From: Eledone cirrhosa
Taxonomy: Eukaryota
Direction of reading: 5' to 3'
Assembly (NCBI GenBank): GCA_964016885.1
Contig: OZ024745.1
Location: 40,610,001-40,674,000, forward strand
Length of the DNA stretch: 64,000 nucleotides
Shown here in pieces: positions 43,283 through 57,962 of this stretch (positions within the stretch are counted from its first letter, which is position 1; every line of letters starts with the position of its first letter). The notes beneath the pieces were generated by a model that was given only the letters and a program-made list of their open reading frames with translations, was not told where the DNA came from and ran no database searches. A program made the translations under genes and the position numbers.

Positions 43283-43463
43283 GGTGGATTGGCAGTATCG
43301 GTAGAGGGTCGGACGCCATGCTTTCCAGCATAGTTACGTCCCTTTACGATCTGAGTTCAAATCCCGCCGAGGTTGACTTTGCCTTTCATCCTTATGGGGT
43401 CGTTAAAATAAAGTACCAGTAATGCACTGGGTAATTGCTGGCCTTGTGCCTAAAGTAGAAACA
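43283..43463 (+). mobile_element. Octopus-type SINE with 15-bp TSD
   Basis: TSD attattggtattatc at 43268-43282 and 43464-43478. Confidence 0.92.
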
Positions 43464-44437
43464 ATTATTGGTATTATCATCGTCCTTACCGTTCATTTCG
43501 TGAGCGTCATCGCAAACGTCATCGTCATGATCAACAGCACCATCATTATCATCATTATATGCATCTACTTCTAAGTGTTCATTTTTTCTTTTCTTCTTCA
43601 TCATCATCACCTCGGCATCATGATAAATAAGACATCATCATCATCGCAACTACTACCTGAGAGATTATCAAATCTACGTCGTTCCCATTATCATCACTCT
43701 TATCACCATCCCAATCATCATCAATTATCATCATCAACAACACCGCCATCATCATCATAATCATCATAATAATCACCGCCTTGCAATTTTATATGTATCT
43801 CTTCTCTAGTTATTTACTTAGAGCTATCTTGACAATGGATACCTAATTACATAGCAAATGTAAAACAGAAAAAAAAAATCACTTTATCCTATGTAGCCGT
43901 GAGTGTACCACAACACTCGCAGCATCATTATTGAACAACAAAAATGATATGAAATTGCCACATGGAATAAAAACTACAACAATAACAACAACCGCAATAT
44001 TATCAGAAGAGAAGCACAATAACACTGGCATCACAAATGCAGAGCACTAGCAGAAGCAAGAACATTAACGGCAAAACCATGGAGAAGCAAACACAATGGA
44101 TATACCTAGAATAAAAGCGACTAAAACTTTATTAGCATCAACAACCACGGCACATGTATTGAATGAAACAGTGTATCAGCATCAGCATCTAAAATAAAGA
44201 CATCGACTATTACAGCAATATAAATGTAATAGCAATAAGGATATCATCAACGCCATCTAACCATGTATATCGTAACTGCCATGACCTATGTCATCAATAT
44301 CTACTATAAAGTTACCTGTTCAGAATCAACATGTCAAAGTTCATTTTTATACAATTTTAAAAGAATTCATAACGTTGAAGTTATTACACGCTAAATAGAT
44401 TGTTCGGTATATGTTTAGCTAAGGCGGAAAAGAGTGG

Positions 44438-44486
<49 letters not shown>

Positions 44487-44491
<5 letters not shown>

Positions 44492-44646
44492 GTTTCTACT
44501 TTAGGCACAAGGCCAGCAATTTCCCAGTACTTTATTTTATCGACCCCGTAAGGATGAAAGGCAAAGTGAACCTCGGCGGGATTTGAACTCAGATCGTTAA
44601 GGGACGTAACTATGCTGGAAAGCATGGCGTCCGACCCTCTACCGAT
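44487..44646 (-). mobile_element. Octopus-type SINE, 5'-truncated, inside (TA)n
   Basis: Reverse-complement homology to 43298-43467. Confidence 0.9.
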
Positions 44647-44707
44647 ATATATATATATAATATATATATATATATATGTATATGTGTGTGTATATATATA
44701 TATATAT

Positions 44708-44747
<40 letters not shown>

Positions 44748-45999
44748 GGGGATAGAACACTGGAAGGTAATATCCATCTATACATACATACATACATACA
44801 TACATACATACATACATACATACATACATACATACACACATACATACATACATATATATATATATACTGTATATACATACCCGGTTAACAAAAGGACGTT
44901 GATATCCACAGTGATTAATATTTTCAAGTTCAATGTGTTATGTCATTATAGATAGAAAAAAGAATGGTATAAGAAACAATTAATACATATTGTACAACTT
45001 CAGAAACACTATAAATGATTAGCAAATGGCGTGGTTATCATATCCTACCTTGTTTGATATACGAGTATTGTACTAACATGATCATTAGTATTGTAACATT
45101 TTAAAGGCTATTAAACGATTAAAACAAATCTATTTATCGTCGTAATTTTATATAAATATATATATACAGTATATGTGTGTATGTATGTGTGTATGTGTGT
45201 GCGCGCGCGTATGCGTGTTTGCGTGTGTATGTATGTACCTGTGTGTGTATATATATACACATATGACCACACACACACACACATATATATATGTATATAA
45301 ACCAACTACATACACATTTAATGTTCTCACAAGCTCACCTATGGTCACCTGTACACAAGAATTAGACACGTTTCACCAGATGGTATAATGCAAACAATGA
45401 GCAGATTCTGCGACAATTATATACAGTGGAATGATGATAACATTTTAAAGTAAATGTTAGCGACGAATATTTGCCTACGCTGATGATAATCGTACAATTT
45501 TAAATAATATTTAATCATATTATTATCATTACCGCATTAAACATTAACATATGTATTTCGCTAGTTTTATCTTAAATATCCCAGACATTGGAAACGACAT
45601 TATGAAATAAGACCGAAAAAATATTTGTAACTTCATATCTCTAAATAGATATCTAACTTTTCATCACTAGGACACATTCAATATGTTTTCATCTTCTGAG
45701 TATACACTTAGGTATCAACAAAATTTGATAATATATGAGCAAACTACAGGAATATATATAAATATTATTTGCACTCACACTAACAAGTGACCCTTAAATT
45801 TGAACATTGAATTTAAATATGTACCATATCCGTACACCATAAACATTTTTAAAGCATATACTATCCAGGTATAATTATTTTCAATCAGCTAAAATGAATC
45901 TATTGAAATAACAGCAAAAACAATGACACGTTAATTTGTGCCATTATTTAGGATATATATTATAATTACACAATACAGATAAAGTCAAATATCGTAGAG

Positions 46000-46760
46000 G
46001 AGCTGTTTTATTTGGAGGTTTATAGAAGAGTGTTTATAGGTATGGTAACAAATTAACCAGGAGACAGCGTTGCAGCGAAGGTGTTGGGAACGTTTCTGGT
46101 TTTTGTAATATTGATATAGTGACATGTAAGAATTATAAGGCGAGCGAAACTGAATGTATCTGGTGGGATTTGACTGGAAAATAGAGAAGTGTGAGACGTT
46201 TATTTGAAAGGCCAGAGATGTTATGTATCTGAGAGTTGGATTTAGATTCTGAAGAATGCGTGGGAGATGCAGGGCAATGTAATGCTCTCGTTTGCTCACG
46301 ACATTGAATATAAAGGAGTGGTATTATGGTTGATGATATTAGCAGGTCGGTTACAGCACCCAACATTATCTAGTGTACCCTTGATTCAATAAAAAGGGAT
46401 GCATGATTTCAGATTTAGTGTTCAAGTTCAAATTGCTGATGTCTAAATTTTAACTTCTGAGAAATTGACAGAATGGGATGAAATATTTTGTGTTTCTGGA
46501 AGATAAGAGGAATATTTTGTAGAAATATCAATCAGCAGACTCGTAGTGGTTTGAGGTGACTAGCTGAATAGTGTTGTTAGTGATGGAAATAACCAGAAAA
46601 TTAACGGATGTCTCCAATACAAAAGAGGAAAATTCCACATATATTTGGGGTAACTTACTTATAGTTATATTCATAAATTCCTGATGATATTTGGTGCTGA
46701 AGAGAAGGTAGCAAATTTGGAGTGATCAGCTGCTACTGTACCACATTGTAATCCGGCAGG
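46000..46760 (-). pseudogene. Decayed Penelope-like (Neptune/Poseidon-type) RT C-terminal fragment
   Basis: SVNFLVISITNNTIQLVTSNHYESAD*YFY...NTKYFIPFCQFLR (cf. FLD..YKPTD..IPYSQFLR). Confidence 0.55.
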
Positions 46761-47555
46761 ATTATATTTTAACTATTATGTAGTTTCAGGAGAATATCAT
46801 GTTCTGATAGCCGAATATAGAATCACATCTATCTATTTGCCCATAATTGGTGACATCTATGTCAACGAAATGAAGCATGAGCAGATATGATGTCTAGTTT
46901 TACTTATGCCGATTGGGTTTAGTAAAATCGTGATTCATGTCCTGCTTTAGCCTGTTATAGAAGACATCAAGTTAGGTAAGACGGAAGAAATTACTTTTCT
47001 TGGTGTGTAAGTTAAACCAACCTAGCTTCTATTACGGTGGTAACAAGTTTCGGCTCATCTCAAGGAGATGTTGTTTGGCATCTTGTAAATGTCGTAGGCG
47101 TCAGGGTGATGTTTGTGGATGGAGTGCTATGGTCTTCGTTATAACTATTGCATGAAGACATATATACTCAGTGGAGAATGACGGGAAATTGCAAAGAAGT
47201 ATTTGTTATGTATGTATATGAGGGTGTGGTGATAGGGGAAGAAGTGATTAAACGTAAAAAACGAGAGAGAAGAGGAGAAGAAATAAAAAGTTGGATAAGG
47301 TCATGCTGAAGATGGAGAAATATTAAGAGTAATGGGTAAAAGGCGAGGCAATGGAAGGAATAATGCTCAATTTATGATAAGGCGTTTTTCATTTACAGGC
47401 CCCAAACTATAAGAAATTGGTAATATCTTTATTGATACATTCGTTGTCATTAGACTTTCTGATGAGAACGATTTAAATCAGGTTATGCTTATACACTCAC
47501 ACGCGGGGTGGAAAAGCTCAGAAACGCGTGAACACACACAACACATACGCATATG

Positions 47556-47599
<44 letters not shown>

Positions 47600-47602
<3 letters not shown>

Positions 47603-47918
47603 AAAAAAGGAAAAGAATGACTTCACTTGTAATTCTTAAAAGTTTCATTTAATTTTATAATTTCGTTTTGTAGATCTAGTAAGTTCTTCGGTGGGGAGAT
47701 TTTTAAAGACTCCTAGTTAATTTTCCTGGAGAATTTTCTCGCATTCATCGGTGGCCGTTGTCGAGAAAGTTGTGCAGGAAAGTTACCTGGGAATCTTTTA
47801 AAATCTCCCTACCGACATTAACAAAGATCTACAAAACCAAATTCTAAAATTAAAACATAAAATTAAATTAAATTCTTTAGAACTACAATTTAAGTCATTC
47901 TTTTCCTTTTTTTAAATA
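47600..47918. repeat. Old, strongly diverged fold-back (~140-bp arms)
   Basis: aaaaaaggaaaagaatgactt...aagtcattcttttcctttttt with colinear internal blocks; flanked by (TA)n. Confidence 0.85.
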
Positions 47919-47945
47919 TACCTAACTGTACCAAGGATTTCACAC

Positions 47946-48010
<65 letters not shown>

Positions 48011-49065
48011 CATACATACATACATGTGAAGTCACTCATTACATGGACAGTAAACACAATGTTTCACTTACATGCAAATACACACGCACATATGTGCGCG
48101 GAGAGGCTGCAAACAAAAAAATATATATAGCAGACTATGTTCGTCTCGCCATCTTCGAAATTATCGTCTCGGCATCACTTTTCTTTCGTCCAACGGTTTA
48201 TTCATATACTTTCCTCACCAAGCACTTAAATCTGAGAATGTTCTGTATCAATAAACTCATGGAATATGAACGAAGAAATACGTTTTTGACTCTTCCATGT
48301 AAAATTTATCCAGAACATCATTGTTTCTTTTCCTCTTGGCAAACAGAATCTTACTGGTTGTTAATAAATAAAATTATGTTGAAACAAGTCACCACAAGTC
48401 TCTTAACATTTGCGATTGCTTCTGTCTCTACTTAATAATGTTTCAATTGATATTATATCTTTTTTACTTTGATGACATTTACAATGTTTTCGACAATGTT
48501 TTGAATGTAAAGAAATTGTGTCTAATAGATTTGCCCAGGGAAAACTAATGCATATAAACTTAATGAATGTTGTTATCTTGAAATTAATCCGAAGTCATGA
48601 GAGATAATACTCCACCTCTATTAGTAAAATATTGTTAATCTAATTTAATATTTTATAAAGGATATTTAAACACTGAACGACAGAAAAAGAAACAATGTCT
48701 CACTTTCTTGTCAGCATTTTAAATTGCTGAATATTATAATTCTTCTCTCATATCTGCTTCCACTACCAAATGCCATAACACTAATTATATTCATTTTCTG
48801 CGCTTAGTGCGTTCGAGTAATAATAATAATAATTGCATAATTAAACGGTAGACACTAAGATCCAATGAAAACGGCAGTCAGAGACACCGATCAAATAATG
48901 TGACCTCCAAAGAAAACATTGTTAGTTTTGTTATATCGAGACATATGTAAGGAACCTTGAAAAGAGCAGCTTACAGCATTTCCTTTGTTCCTATTCAATA
49001 CCCACACACAGACACCCACACACACATACACATACACACACTTATACACGCACAGACACCCACAC

Positions 49066-49098
<33 letters not shown>

Positions 49099-49400
49099 TG
49101 TATATATATATACTTCATACTGTGTCACATTGTGTATTTGCGGCCCTGCTGCCCCTGTAGTAGTGCAGCTGAATTTGAATCTATCCAGGATATATATGAT
49201 TACACATAGATGCCCATATATGTATATATATATATATATACTCTCGCGTGCTCGTGCGTGCGTGTATGTGTGTTTGTGTATCGCTCTTATTGAGATCATA
49301 ATTGGTTGCTATAAATATCAACTCAGATGAGGTGAATATAAAAACATATTCAAACATATATTCATAATGGTATGTGTATGTTTGTATGTATGCGTACATG

Positions 49401-49473
<73 letters not shown>

Positions 49474-50988
49474 GTTTGTCTTATGATTTAATTGTGATAT
49501 GTCGGTCCAATCATTATAGCCAACAGCAAGCAAGATTTATTTCTCTGTCTAATAATTTTCCCCACCCTCTTTTAAGCAGTACTTCTACCACCTCCCATAG
49601 TGAAATACATCTGTGACGGTTACATATTCCAATCTAGATTGTTAAATATACACAGTATATTGTTAAATACACAGACAGAATGAAATAATTTTCTGTATCC
49701 AAATCGATATTTTGTATAGCGGAAGAATAACATTCCGATCAAAATTTATCTTATTTCGTTAATGGAAATAGTCAGCACTTATCAGCATATAATAAGTATG
49801 GTTGGTGTCTACCTTAGAGAAAAAAATACTAAATATTGTAATCGTCTGTTGTTGTTGCTGTTGTTGTTGATATCATTATTGTTGCTGTTCTCTTGTTGTT
49901 GGCAATGTTGGCATTGCTAGTAAAGTGATAGGCATGTTGGTAGGGATTAGATTCTCCTGGGGATATCATACGATTGTTTAGTGAAGTTTATGAAGTTTTA
50001 TGAAGAATGAAAGAATCTAGTGTTTTAATACATTATACAGAAATTATCCCTATTAGTCTTGATTGTGCAGTTGGTTGCTTAGATACATTGTATAAATAAC
50101 TATATGTGAAAATCATCGTGTGTATGTGATATATGCTGAGACTTTATAATAGATTTTATGGTATTAACTAATTATATACATGCTCAATCATTTCTTTTCA
50201 TAATTAGCCTGAAAGGTGCTGCTCTTTTTAATGTTTAGCCTATGATCAGATCAGATTTCACTACCCTTGATCACATATATTTCTATTTATGGTTATATCA
50301 TAATTTCCTCGTACTTATTGTCTCTAGAACAATGGATGATAATGGACCTGCTTTGTATTTGATGAGCAGAGTGACAAATGTTTGATCACTGGAAGAGTCA
50401 TCACATGCAATTAACGTGTAAATATCTGAGAATTCCAGCGACTCGTATATCTTTATCATAATTTTCAGGGACGTGCAGTGGGACATTCTGTCGCATGCTA
50501 TTTCTTTTATGAATATTCAATCTGGTGAGCTTCCAAAATATATCTATCGACCCAATTTCCCTAAAACATATACAGTTTATCAGAGGCTAATGAAATGACA
50601 CTATTGCAAGATATCATGCAGTGTCACTGAACTAACGATATTATGAATGCAATGCAAACTCTCTAAACAATACTATTAATGTGACCCCCTTATTTTGAGA
50701 AGAATATTGTTTGAGTTATTACTCTGTTTTTATGGGGTTTTGACAGAAAAATATTGTCACAATTTTGCTCATAGTCTTGAAAACCTATATTTATGTAAAT
50801 ACTGCAAGTTATATAGCATTAGGTGCTCCCTAACAAAATTCTCGTTGACACCATTCTGATGGAAACATCTGAGCACCCGAGTGGAGTGCATGTTACGATA
50901 TTTATATATAAATATTTTTGCATAGAAAAATATATAGTACATACATGTGCTTATACATATATACATACATATATGCATACATACACAC

Positions 50989-51064
<76 letters not shown>

Positions 51065-51407
51065 ACTAGAAATTGATTGACATATATATATATATATATT
51101 TAAAATAAACACATGAAACAATCACAGGGGATAATTTGTAAAGTGTGTAATCACACACAGCTAGGTAGGTAACTAATTAAAGTTTAACTAGATCTTCAAA
51201 TATTACCTTTTAAAAAATGATAAATCCTCCTTGTATATTAAAGAAATATATTTCACTAAAAATCCGTAAAGTCACAGTAGTTAAATCTTAGATCATCAGC
51301 AAGGAGTATTAAATAACTGTCTGTGTTTACGCATCAAATACAAATCTCCGAGTGACCCGTCGCACGTGCAGCAATTCTACAACTACTAACAACATGCTAA
51401 CGTCCTC

Positions 51408-51448
51408 CTATTGGCGTGAATAGGGTGGTCGACAGCTATAAATAGCAG
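51408..51448 (+). promoter_or_regulatory. ATTGG plus TATAAATA within a repeat-derived segment
   Basis: ATTGG at 51410, TATAAATA at 51437; motif only. Confidence 0.25.
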
Positions 51449-51609
51449 CCAAGTCCTTTCAACCGATTTAGCTCTACAGATAAGGAGCCGTTTATATAAG
51501 CAAGATTATTATGGTGGTTGTAGTAGTAAGGTATTTTTGTATAGAACAAAAAAGTATGTGTGCAGAAAAATAAAAATAAAAATAAAAAGAAGAAGCAAAA
51601 GAAAGTTAT

Positions 51610-51816
51610 GTCCGCAAGGAAGAAATAGCAGGTGATGTGTTGTTATGGAGTCCATCTCATGGAGCAAGAAACGCTGGTCGTCCCAAGAAGACATACGTCA
51701 AGCAACGTGAGGACGATACTGGATGCACTGCGGAAGAACTGGCAAACGCAATGAGAGGCAGAGATGTATGGAGGAAGCGTGTCGTAGAAAGTCGAGTAAG
51801 CTCGACCTGATGATTA

Positions 51817-51820
<4 letters not shown>
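51610..51820 (+). mobile_element. 3' fragment of an RTE/RTEX-type LINE
   Basis: VLLWSPSHGARNAGRPKKTYVKQREDDTGCTAEELANAMRGRDVWRKRVVESR* followed by a (TGA)n-like tail. Confidence 0.75.
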
Positions 51821-51866
<46 letters not shown>

Positions 51867-51956
51867 ATAATAATAAATTTGAAGACTAAAATCCAAAGAG
51901 GGCTCGATGAAGATAAATATATATCAAATATATAAGAACCGTAAAGCAAATATTTA

Positions 51957-52488
51957 TTAAAATAACAGATTAAAGTTTAAGCAAAGAATCGCTGCTTATA
52001 CCCTTAACAGGATCTTCTGAAACTAACAAAGTCAATCTGTAAACGCAGAAGTGGATATTTCAAAAAACGTTGCAACCGGAGGAAGACATGAAGACGATAT
52101 TTTGGTTCGTGGAAACGTTCCCTGGCAAAGAACGGGAAAAAACGAATATAATACGTCATTAATAGGAGCGGTGAAAAACAATTACGCGCAAAGACAGAAG
52201 CACGTTTATGGTATAAAAGAAGTCGTAGACTAATGTTCTCTTAGGGTGGTTCATAGAGACGTTCTGTGTCAATGAACGGGAAAAAACGAAGATAATACGT
52301 CGTATGTGGATCGTGGAGAACAATTGCACGCAAAGACAAAACCACGTAAATGGTATAGCTGAAGTCGTAGACTAAAATTCTAACTAGGAAACCGAATGAA
52401 TCTCCGCTTCAGAGTTAAGAATGAAGTAAATAAAATACAATACAGAGGTAATAGAAATTAAATAAATACATACCCGCATGCAAATACA

Positions 52489-52490
<2 letters not shown>
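51957..52490 (-). mobile_element. Solo 3' end/pLTR of the Penelope-like element at 24819-27990
   Basis: High identity to 24819-25345, including an internal ~140-bp imperfect direct repeat and the CAGAAGA core. Confidence 0.9.
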
Positions 52491-52562
<72 letters not shown>

Positions 52563-52706
52563 TTTTTTTTCGGTCGCTGGCTTCAAATTTTCATAGCTGC
52601 CTAAACGTAATGTTATAACTCTAAGGTAAATTCCTTATTAAGTGCTTTTGGCTGTCTTTCCCGACAGCATTCGTTAGCTTGCCCGCAAACAGAGCTGTAC
52701 TATTTT

Positions 52707-52750
<44 letters not shown>

Positions 52751-53085
52751 TTTTTATGTAATTATATATATGGATAGTACGATAGATATCGGTAGATGAA
52801 TAGTTAAATCAGTGTGTTAGCAGCTTTTAACTAGTAAGGAAATTCAGGAGTTATTGGCTACCCCTGATGGTTGAGTGTAAATATATGCAAGAGTCGGTGA
52901 TGCCAAAGGCTAAGTTCCTGCCGTATCGATAGGAAATTCCAGTCTTGAGGAGCAACTGAATAGTTTTCCCCCTCTCTCAGGAAAACAATAGATACGCGAA
53001 GGAAAATTTGTCTGTGAATTCTGCGACAGGTGTTTACAGTGATAAACAGGTTTCATGGTCTAAACGCTTTGTATTACTTTTCGCA

Positions 53086-53435
53086 ATAACCATGGACGAG
53101 ACCCGGGACCAGCATTACCAACCTAAAACAAAAGAGCACTAAAAGGAGTGGCAACACCATCCTCATCCACTCCTGAAAGTCCATTGTCACCCCATAAGCA
53201 GGAACATTCATGGCTACCATTTTCTGGTATGCACAAAGAGTCTTGTGAGTGGATTATCTCCAAAAGCACCAAGCCATCATCGGAAAATACTACTCCAAAC
53301 TGGTTAAACGTATGTGAGAACATCAAGAAAAAGAGCACAAGATTCCTTACCAAGGGAACTTGTTCTATCATGATAATGCTCCAGCCCATCGGTGGCGGCA
53401 ATCGCATCAGTCCCTAACTGTTCATCCCCCACGAG
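53086..53435 (+). pseudogene. Mariner transposase fragment
   Basis: ITMDETRDQHYQPKTKEH*KEW, AGTFMATIFW, VDYL, IIGKYYSKL, LFYHDNAPAH. Confidence 0.85.
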
Positions 53436-54550
53436 TTTGTAAAAATCACTCATGGTAGTTTAAAATCCTGAAACACCTGTCTGACATTCTCATATATGTA
53501 CGCAGATAGCAGTGAAATGTCCCCAACTTAACACATTCACAGAGAGAGGAAAAATACTGAAAGAGAGAGACAGAGAGAGAGATGAACAGAACAGTGCTTA
53601 TTAAGAAGCATTAGAAATATTTGAAATATGTGAACACAATGCAAATACCACAATAGTAGTCGGTCATAATAAACAATAGTTTAGCAAAATGTGTTAATGT
53701 AGCGGAATATACACTGTATCAAACACCGCATTCTTGAGATGTAGTTGATTGGGTTAGCCATTAGGCTAAACATCCACCGGACACCAGTTATGTCCTTTTA
53801 GAAGAATTGATACATGTACTAATAAGTGGCGGATTAAAAGGTCATTGTAAAAATCTAAAATGTGAGCGTCCCAACGCGAATATCTTTAAGAATATATATA
53901 ATAGGAGACATGGGGAAGAATAAAATTACATGGGAAGAGAACTAAGAACAAATATCATTCCGGTTGTTACATTAATTTAATATTGAATATTTAACATTTA
54001 AAATATCGTAAATAAATGAATAAAGGACAAACAAAAACAAACAAAAGCAGCTTAACCCAGTAATTTGTAAACCTTTATAAACATCGATGTTTGTATAATA
54101 ACGTTATTTTCTCTCGGGGCCTAACCATGGATGCCTTCTGCCGCTGTTCTAGATATTTTCTATAAATTCAGTGTCTCCAGCGGGAGCTTATGATTGGATG
54201 ATTTCTACTTGGTATAAGCTGGAGAATTTTACCAATATATTGAGACCACTTGATAGGTGGGAAAATCTTGAGTTGAAAGTCACAATCAAACATCTGCTTG
54301 CTTTCAAATATTGATGCTTCTGTAGAAGTTTAAACACTTACAACTTGCTGGTCATATAGGAATACATAGTCATAGCCGACGATTTACTTGTTCTAGTGTG
54401 ATTTAATTATTGATCTCAGTGAATATGTTTACCACAGATTCTTCTTCCTTGCATTAGATTTGTCGGTTGTCCATCGAGGTAAAACAGAATTAGTCGATAC
54501 ACACATATATATATATATGTATAGACTAATTCTGTTTATATATATTTTTT

Positions 54551-54653
<103 letters not shown>

Positions 54654-56856
54654 CATATATATATATACACATATATATATATATATATATATGTTGGTAA
54701 CTTGTTTGGCATTAATAATAGTCATAGTAATTATAACACTTACTATACAGACGTGTCTGCGTTGGCATGTATGTACTTATAGTTATGTCTATGGGACGTA
54801 TGTGTGTGTGTATATATATATGTATAGAGAGGGAGAGATATAGACATACATATGTATGTCTATATGTATAAATATATATATATATATATATAAATACTTA
54901 CATAGAAAAATACATGATACGTATATCAAAACCGAGGGGCGCCCACATTTTATGGAAAACCTCTCATGAAATTGTAGTCACATGTCAATAAAAATAATTT
55001 CATTGTTTGTACAAAACTATGGTGGTATGCTTCATTAAATCAACATAATTACTTGATCACTACTTACATTTTTGTACAGTCTTGCCTTCGTTTCTCTGCA
55101 CTGTTCGTTCAAATGCATATGAGATCTCGTTTGCTATTCATCCTCTCGGCGTCAGTGTAGAAATCCCCAGCCTAGTACTGATAAAACGATATTCTTCTAG
55201 ATATAGGATCCTGGTTATTTTATTGTGTTATGTGTGAAAATGTTGAGAACGTGTAAATATCTCCCCGGGACTGCACTGGTAGCTAATGCCAGTCGCAGCA
55301 CAATGATATAAAACATATTAAGTCCAAGTGGTGAATGGTTGTGTTAGTAAGTCGGTTGACGCAATAATTTCTCATCCAAGAGAAACCAGAGTCATTCCGC
55401 TTGGCTTTCATGCAGCTTCTGTCCTCCAAATTATATGCAAACGTGCTAAAATGTAACATGCATACTTTTTCTGACAAGCAATGCGATCCGTTTCGTTTAC
55501 AATCGAATACAATTATTTTCACATATTCTATCTAATCGTTTATATATATAATATATAAATATACGAAGAATCATTTGAGAAGTCAACGATCAAATATAGA
55601 GATGTCAAGGATCTGACTTTTGTTTAACAGCTACATCTATGTAGACGTGGAGCATTCGGAACGAAGATCTAATTAACTGGATGTCATTATTTCGGACATT
55701 GATAAAAAAACATAGATTTTAACAGTAGAATCAGACTCCTCCGTGGCTGCAGTGATGTTCAATCCTCACCGGAAGGTTGAAGCGCAAATTTGACTGCGAC
55801 ATATTTTGAAATCTAAACGTAAAATTAAAATCCTGGCCTCGATGCCTAGTCTCCATTTTCATATGTTGATTATGATCTGCACACTCTGATAACAAATATG
55901 ATGCACTTCGCTGTGCATAACAATAGAACAAGTACTAACACTCAATTATATGATATGTTGTCATAATTCATGTGCAACATTACCATATATGATGTTATTG
56001 AGCATAACACTTTTTATGTGATGTTAAAATATTTTACTAACATATTATTTATAATAAAATACCTATATTTACTAAGGTAGTTTTCTTTCCTGAGCGTTCC
56101 TGGCAGTCATTATTTATCTTTCAGACATATCTAAGATACATATCGAAATATACAACCGTTTTTGTCTACCTTCCGTAGGAAACATCAGTCATAAATTTTA
56201 TTTCATGTATTTTCCAGCATATTCGTGATATTGTTGCCTATTGGTGATGATTTATATTCAGTTATGAATAAGATTTCAGAATCAAATTCAATATTCATGG
56301 TTTGTTTATCACGCATATGAATCCAATTCTGTTATAAATTGCTGAAATTCATCTCAGTATGATGCATTTTAGATACAGATTTCAATGAATAGATTGTGAT
56401 AATACTTCATTGATGATAGCATAGACATTTATTCGGAAGTTTTATTATTTTACTCCTTGATAACGTTGAAGAAAATGTGATAATTTCATAAGTTATTCTC
56501 AATACCTTGGCGTCTGGAAAACATATATTATAGGAACTCTTATAAATCGATATATTTTGACAAGTTACTCATACACTATTGGGCCACGGCATGGCATGCC
56601 GCCATTGTCTGGTTATCTAATACAATTACAGCGGTTTAGTAGATAAATTGAGATTTCAATGATTCACATTTATCTAAACCCGTGTTTTATATGATCAGTG
56701 AATATCAGTCTACCTACGTATCTATCAATTTCTCTATTTGTCTCGCACTCTCTCTCCTTCTCTCTCTCTCTCTCTCTCTCCCTCTCTCGTTATATACATA
56801 CGAACACACACATTCATACGAACACACACATTCATACGAACACACGCATATATACG

Positions 56857-56916
<60 letters not shown>

Positions 56917-56984
56917 TAATGGTAGCTAAGATACTGCCATAGGCGGTACGCCGGTTGAGCACTCTATGCTCCTACACACACACG

Positions 56985-57089
<105 letters not shown>

Positions 57090-57263
57090 ATATATATATA
57101 TATTTATATATATACTTAGTACATGTGTATCTATCATCTATTTCCTTATGGAAACGTTGTCCTGAGTTCAGTCACGCTGTGCGCGGTTGCTTGAGCAATT
57201 GTCCTCTCATGTAGCAATGGTGTCTAAGTAGAATTTTTTCGTGGAAGATTTAAAAGAACAGTC

Positions 57264-57337
<74 letters not shown>

Positions 57338-57386
57338 TATATATGCATATATATACATATTTATATCTATGTATATATATATATAT

Positions 57387-57585
57387 ATAGGAAAATGTTT
57401 AACCCCGACGGAAGAGCTCAAGCAGTTTCGACGGCTAATTCTCGACTAGTCCAGAAATAGCTGTCGAAACGGCTTGAGCTCTGCCCTCAGGGTTAAACCT
57501 TTTTCCTATTGCCAACTCTACTACCCTAAATATTGAGTACTCTGGTACGTTATGATCCATCTGGTTCCTTACCACACCTCCTTCG
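57387..57585 (+). mobile_element. Family D short element with fold-back 57387-57509
   Basis: Homologous to 10011-10208. Confidence 0.8.
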
Positions 57586-57728
57586 TTATATATATAGTTA
57601 GGGAAGCAGAAAATTGCTTATTGTGATCCAGTTCTTGGTTAAGAAAGCCAGTTTCATGGATGGTTTCAACGTACGGTTAGGGGTGACTCCACAAGGTTAT
57701 AAGAAATCCGTTCAATCTTGGAGTATAA

Positions 57729-57838
57729 AGTATAAAAGAGAAAACACAGGTAAGCATTAAGAGAAGGATTTTATCCAGGTATTTACGACAGGATAAAATC
57801 CTTCTCTTAATGCTAACCTGTGTTTTCTCTTTTATACT
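57729..57838. repeat. Short fold-back (48-bp arms)
   Basis: 57729-57776 vs 57791-57838, one mismatch. Confidence 0.88.
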
Positions 57839-57962
57839 ATATATATATATAAATAAAATTTCAGGTTATCAATAATGTAGTGATAATATATCGTTACGTT
57901 AGAGATGAACAGCGTACGTGCAGGTTTGCTCAACGAGTATAAATTATATTCCGGAGAAAATG

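Noticed and set aside
47452-47535. CTGATGA...GAAAcgcgTG hammerhead candidate
   Set aside because: Cleavage position is G and stem I does not pair; possibly a dead relic
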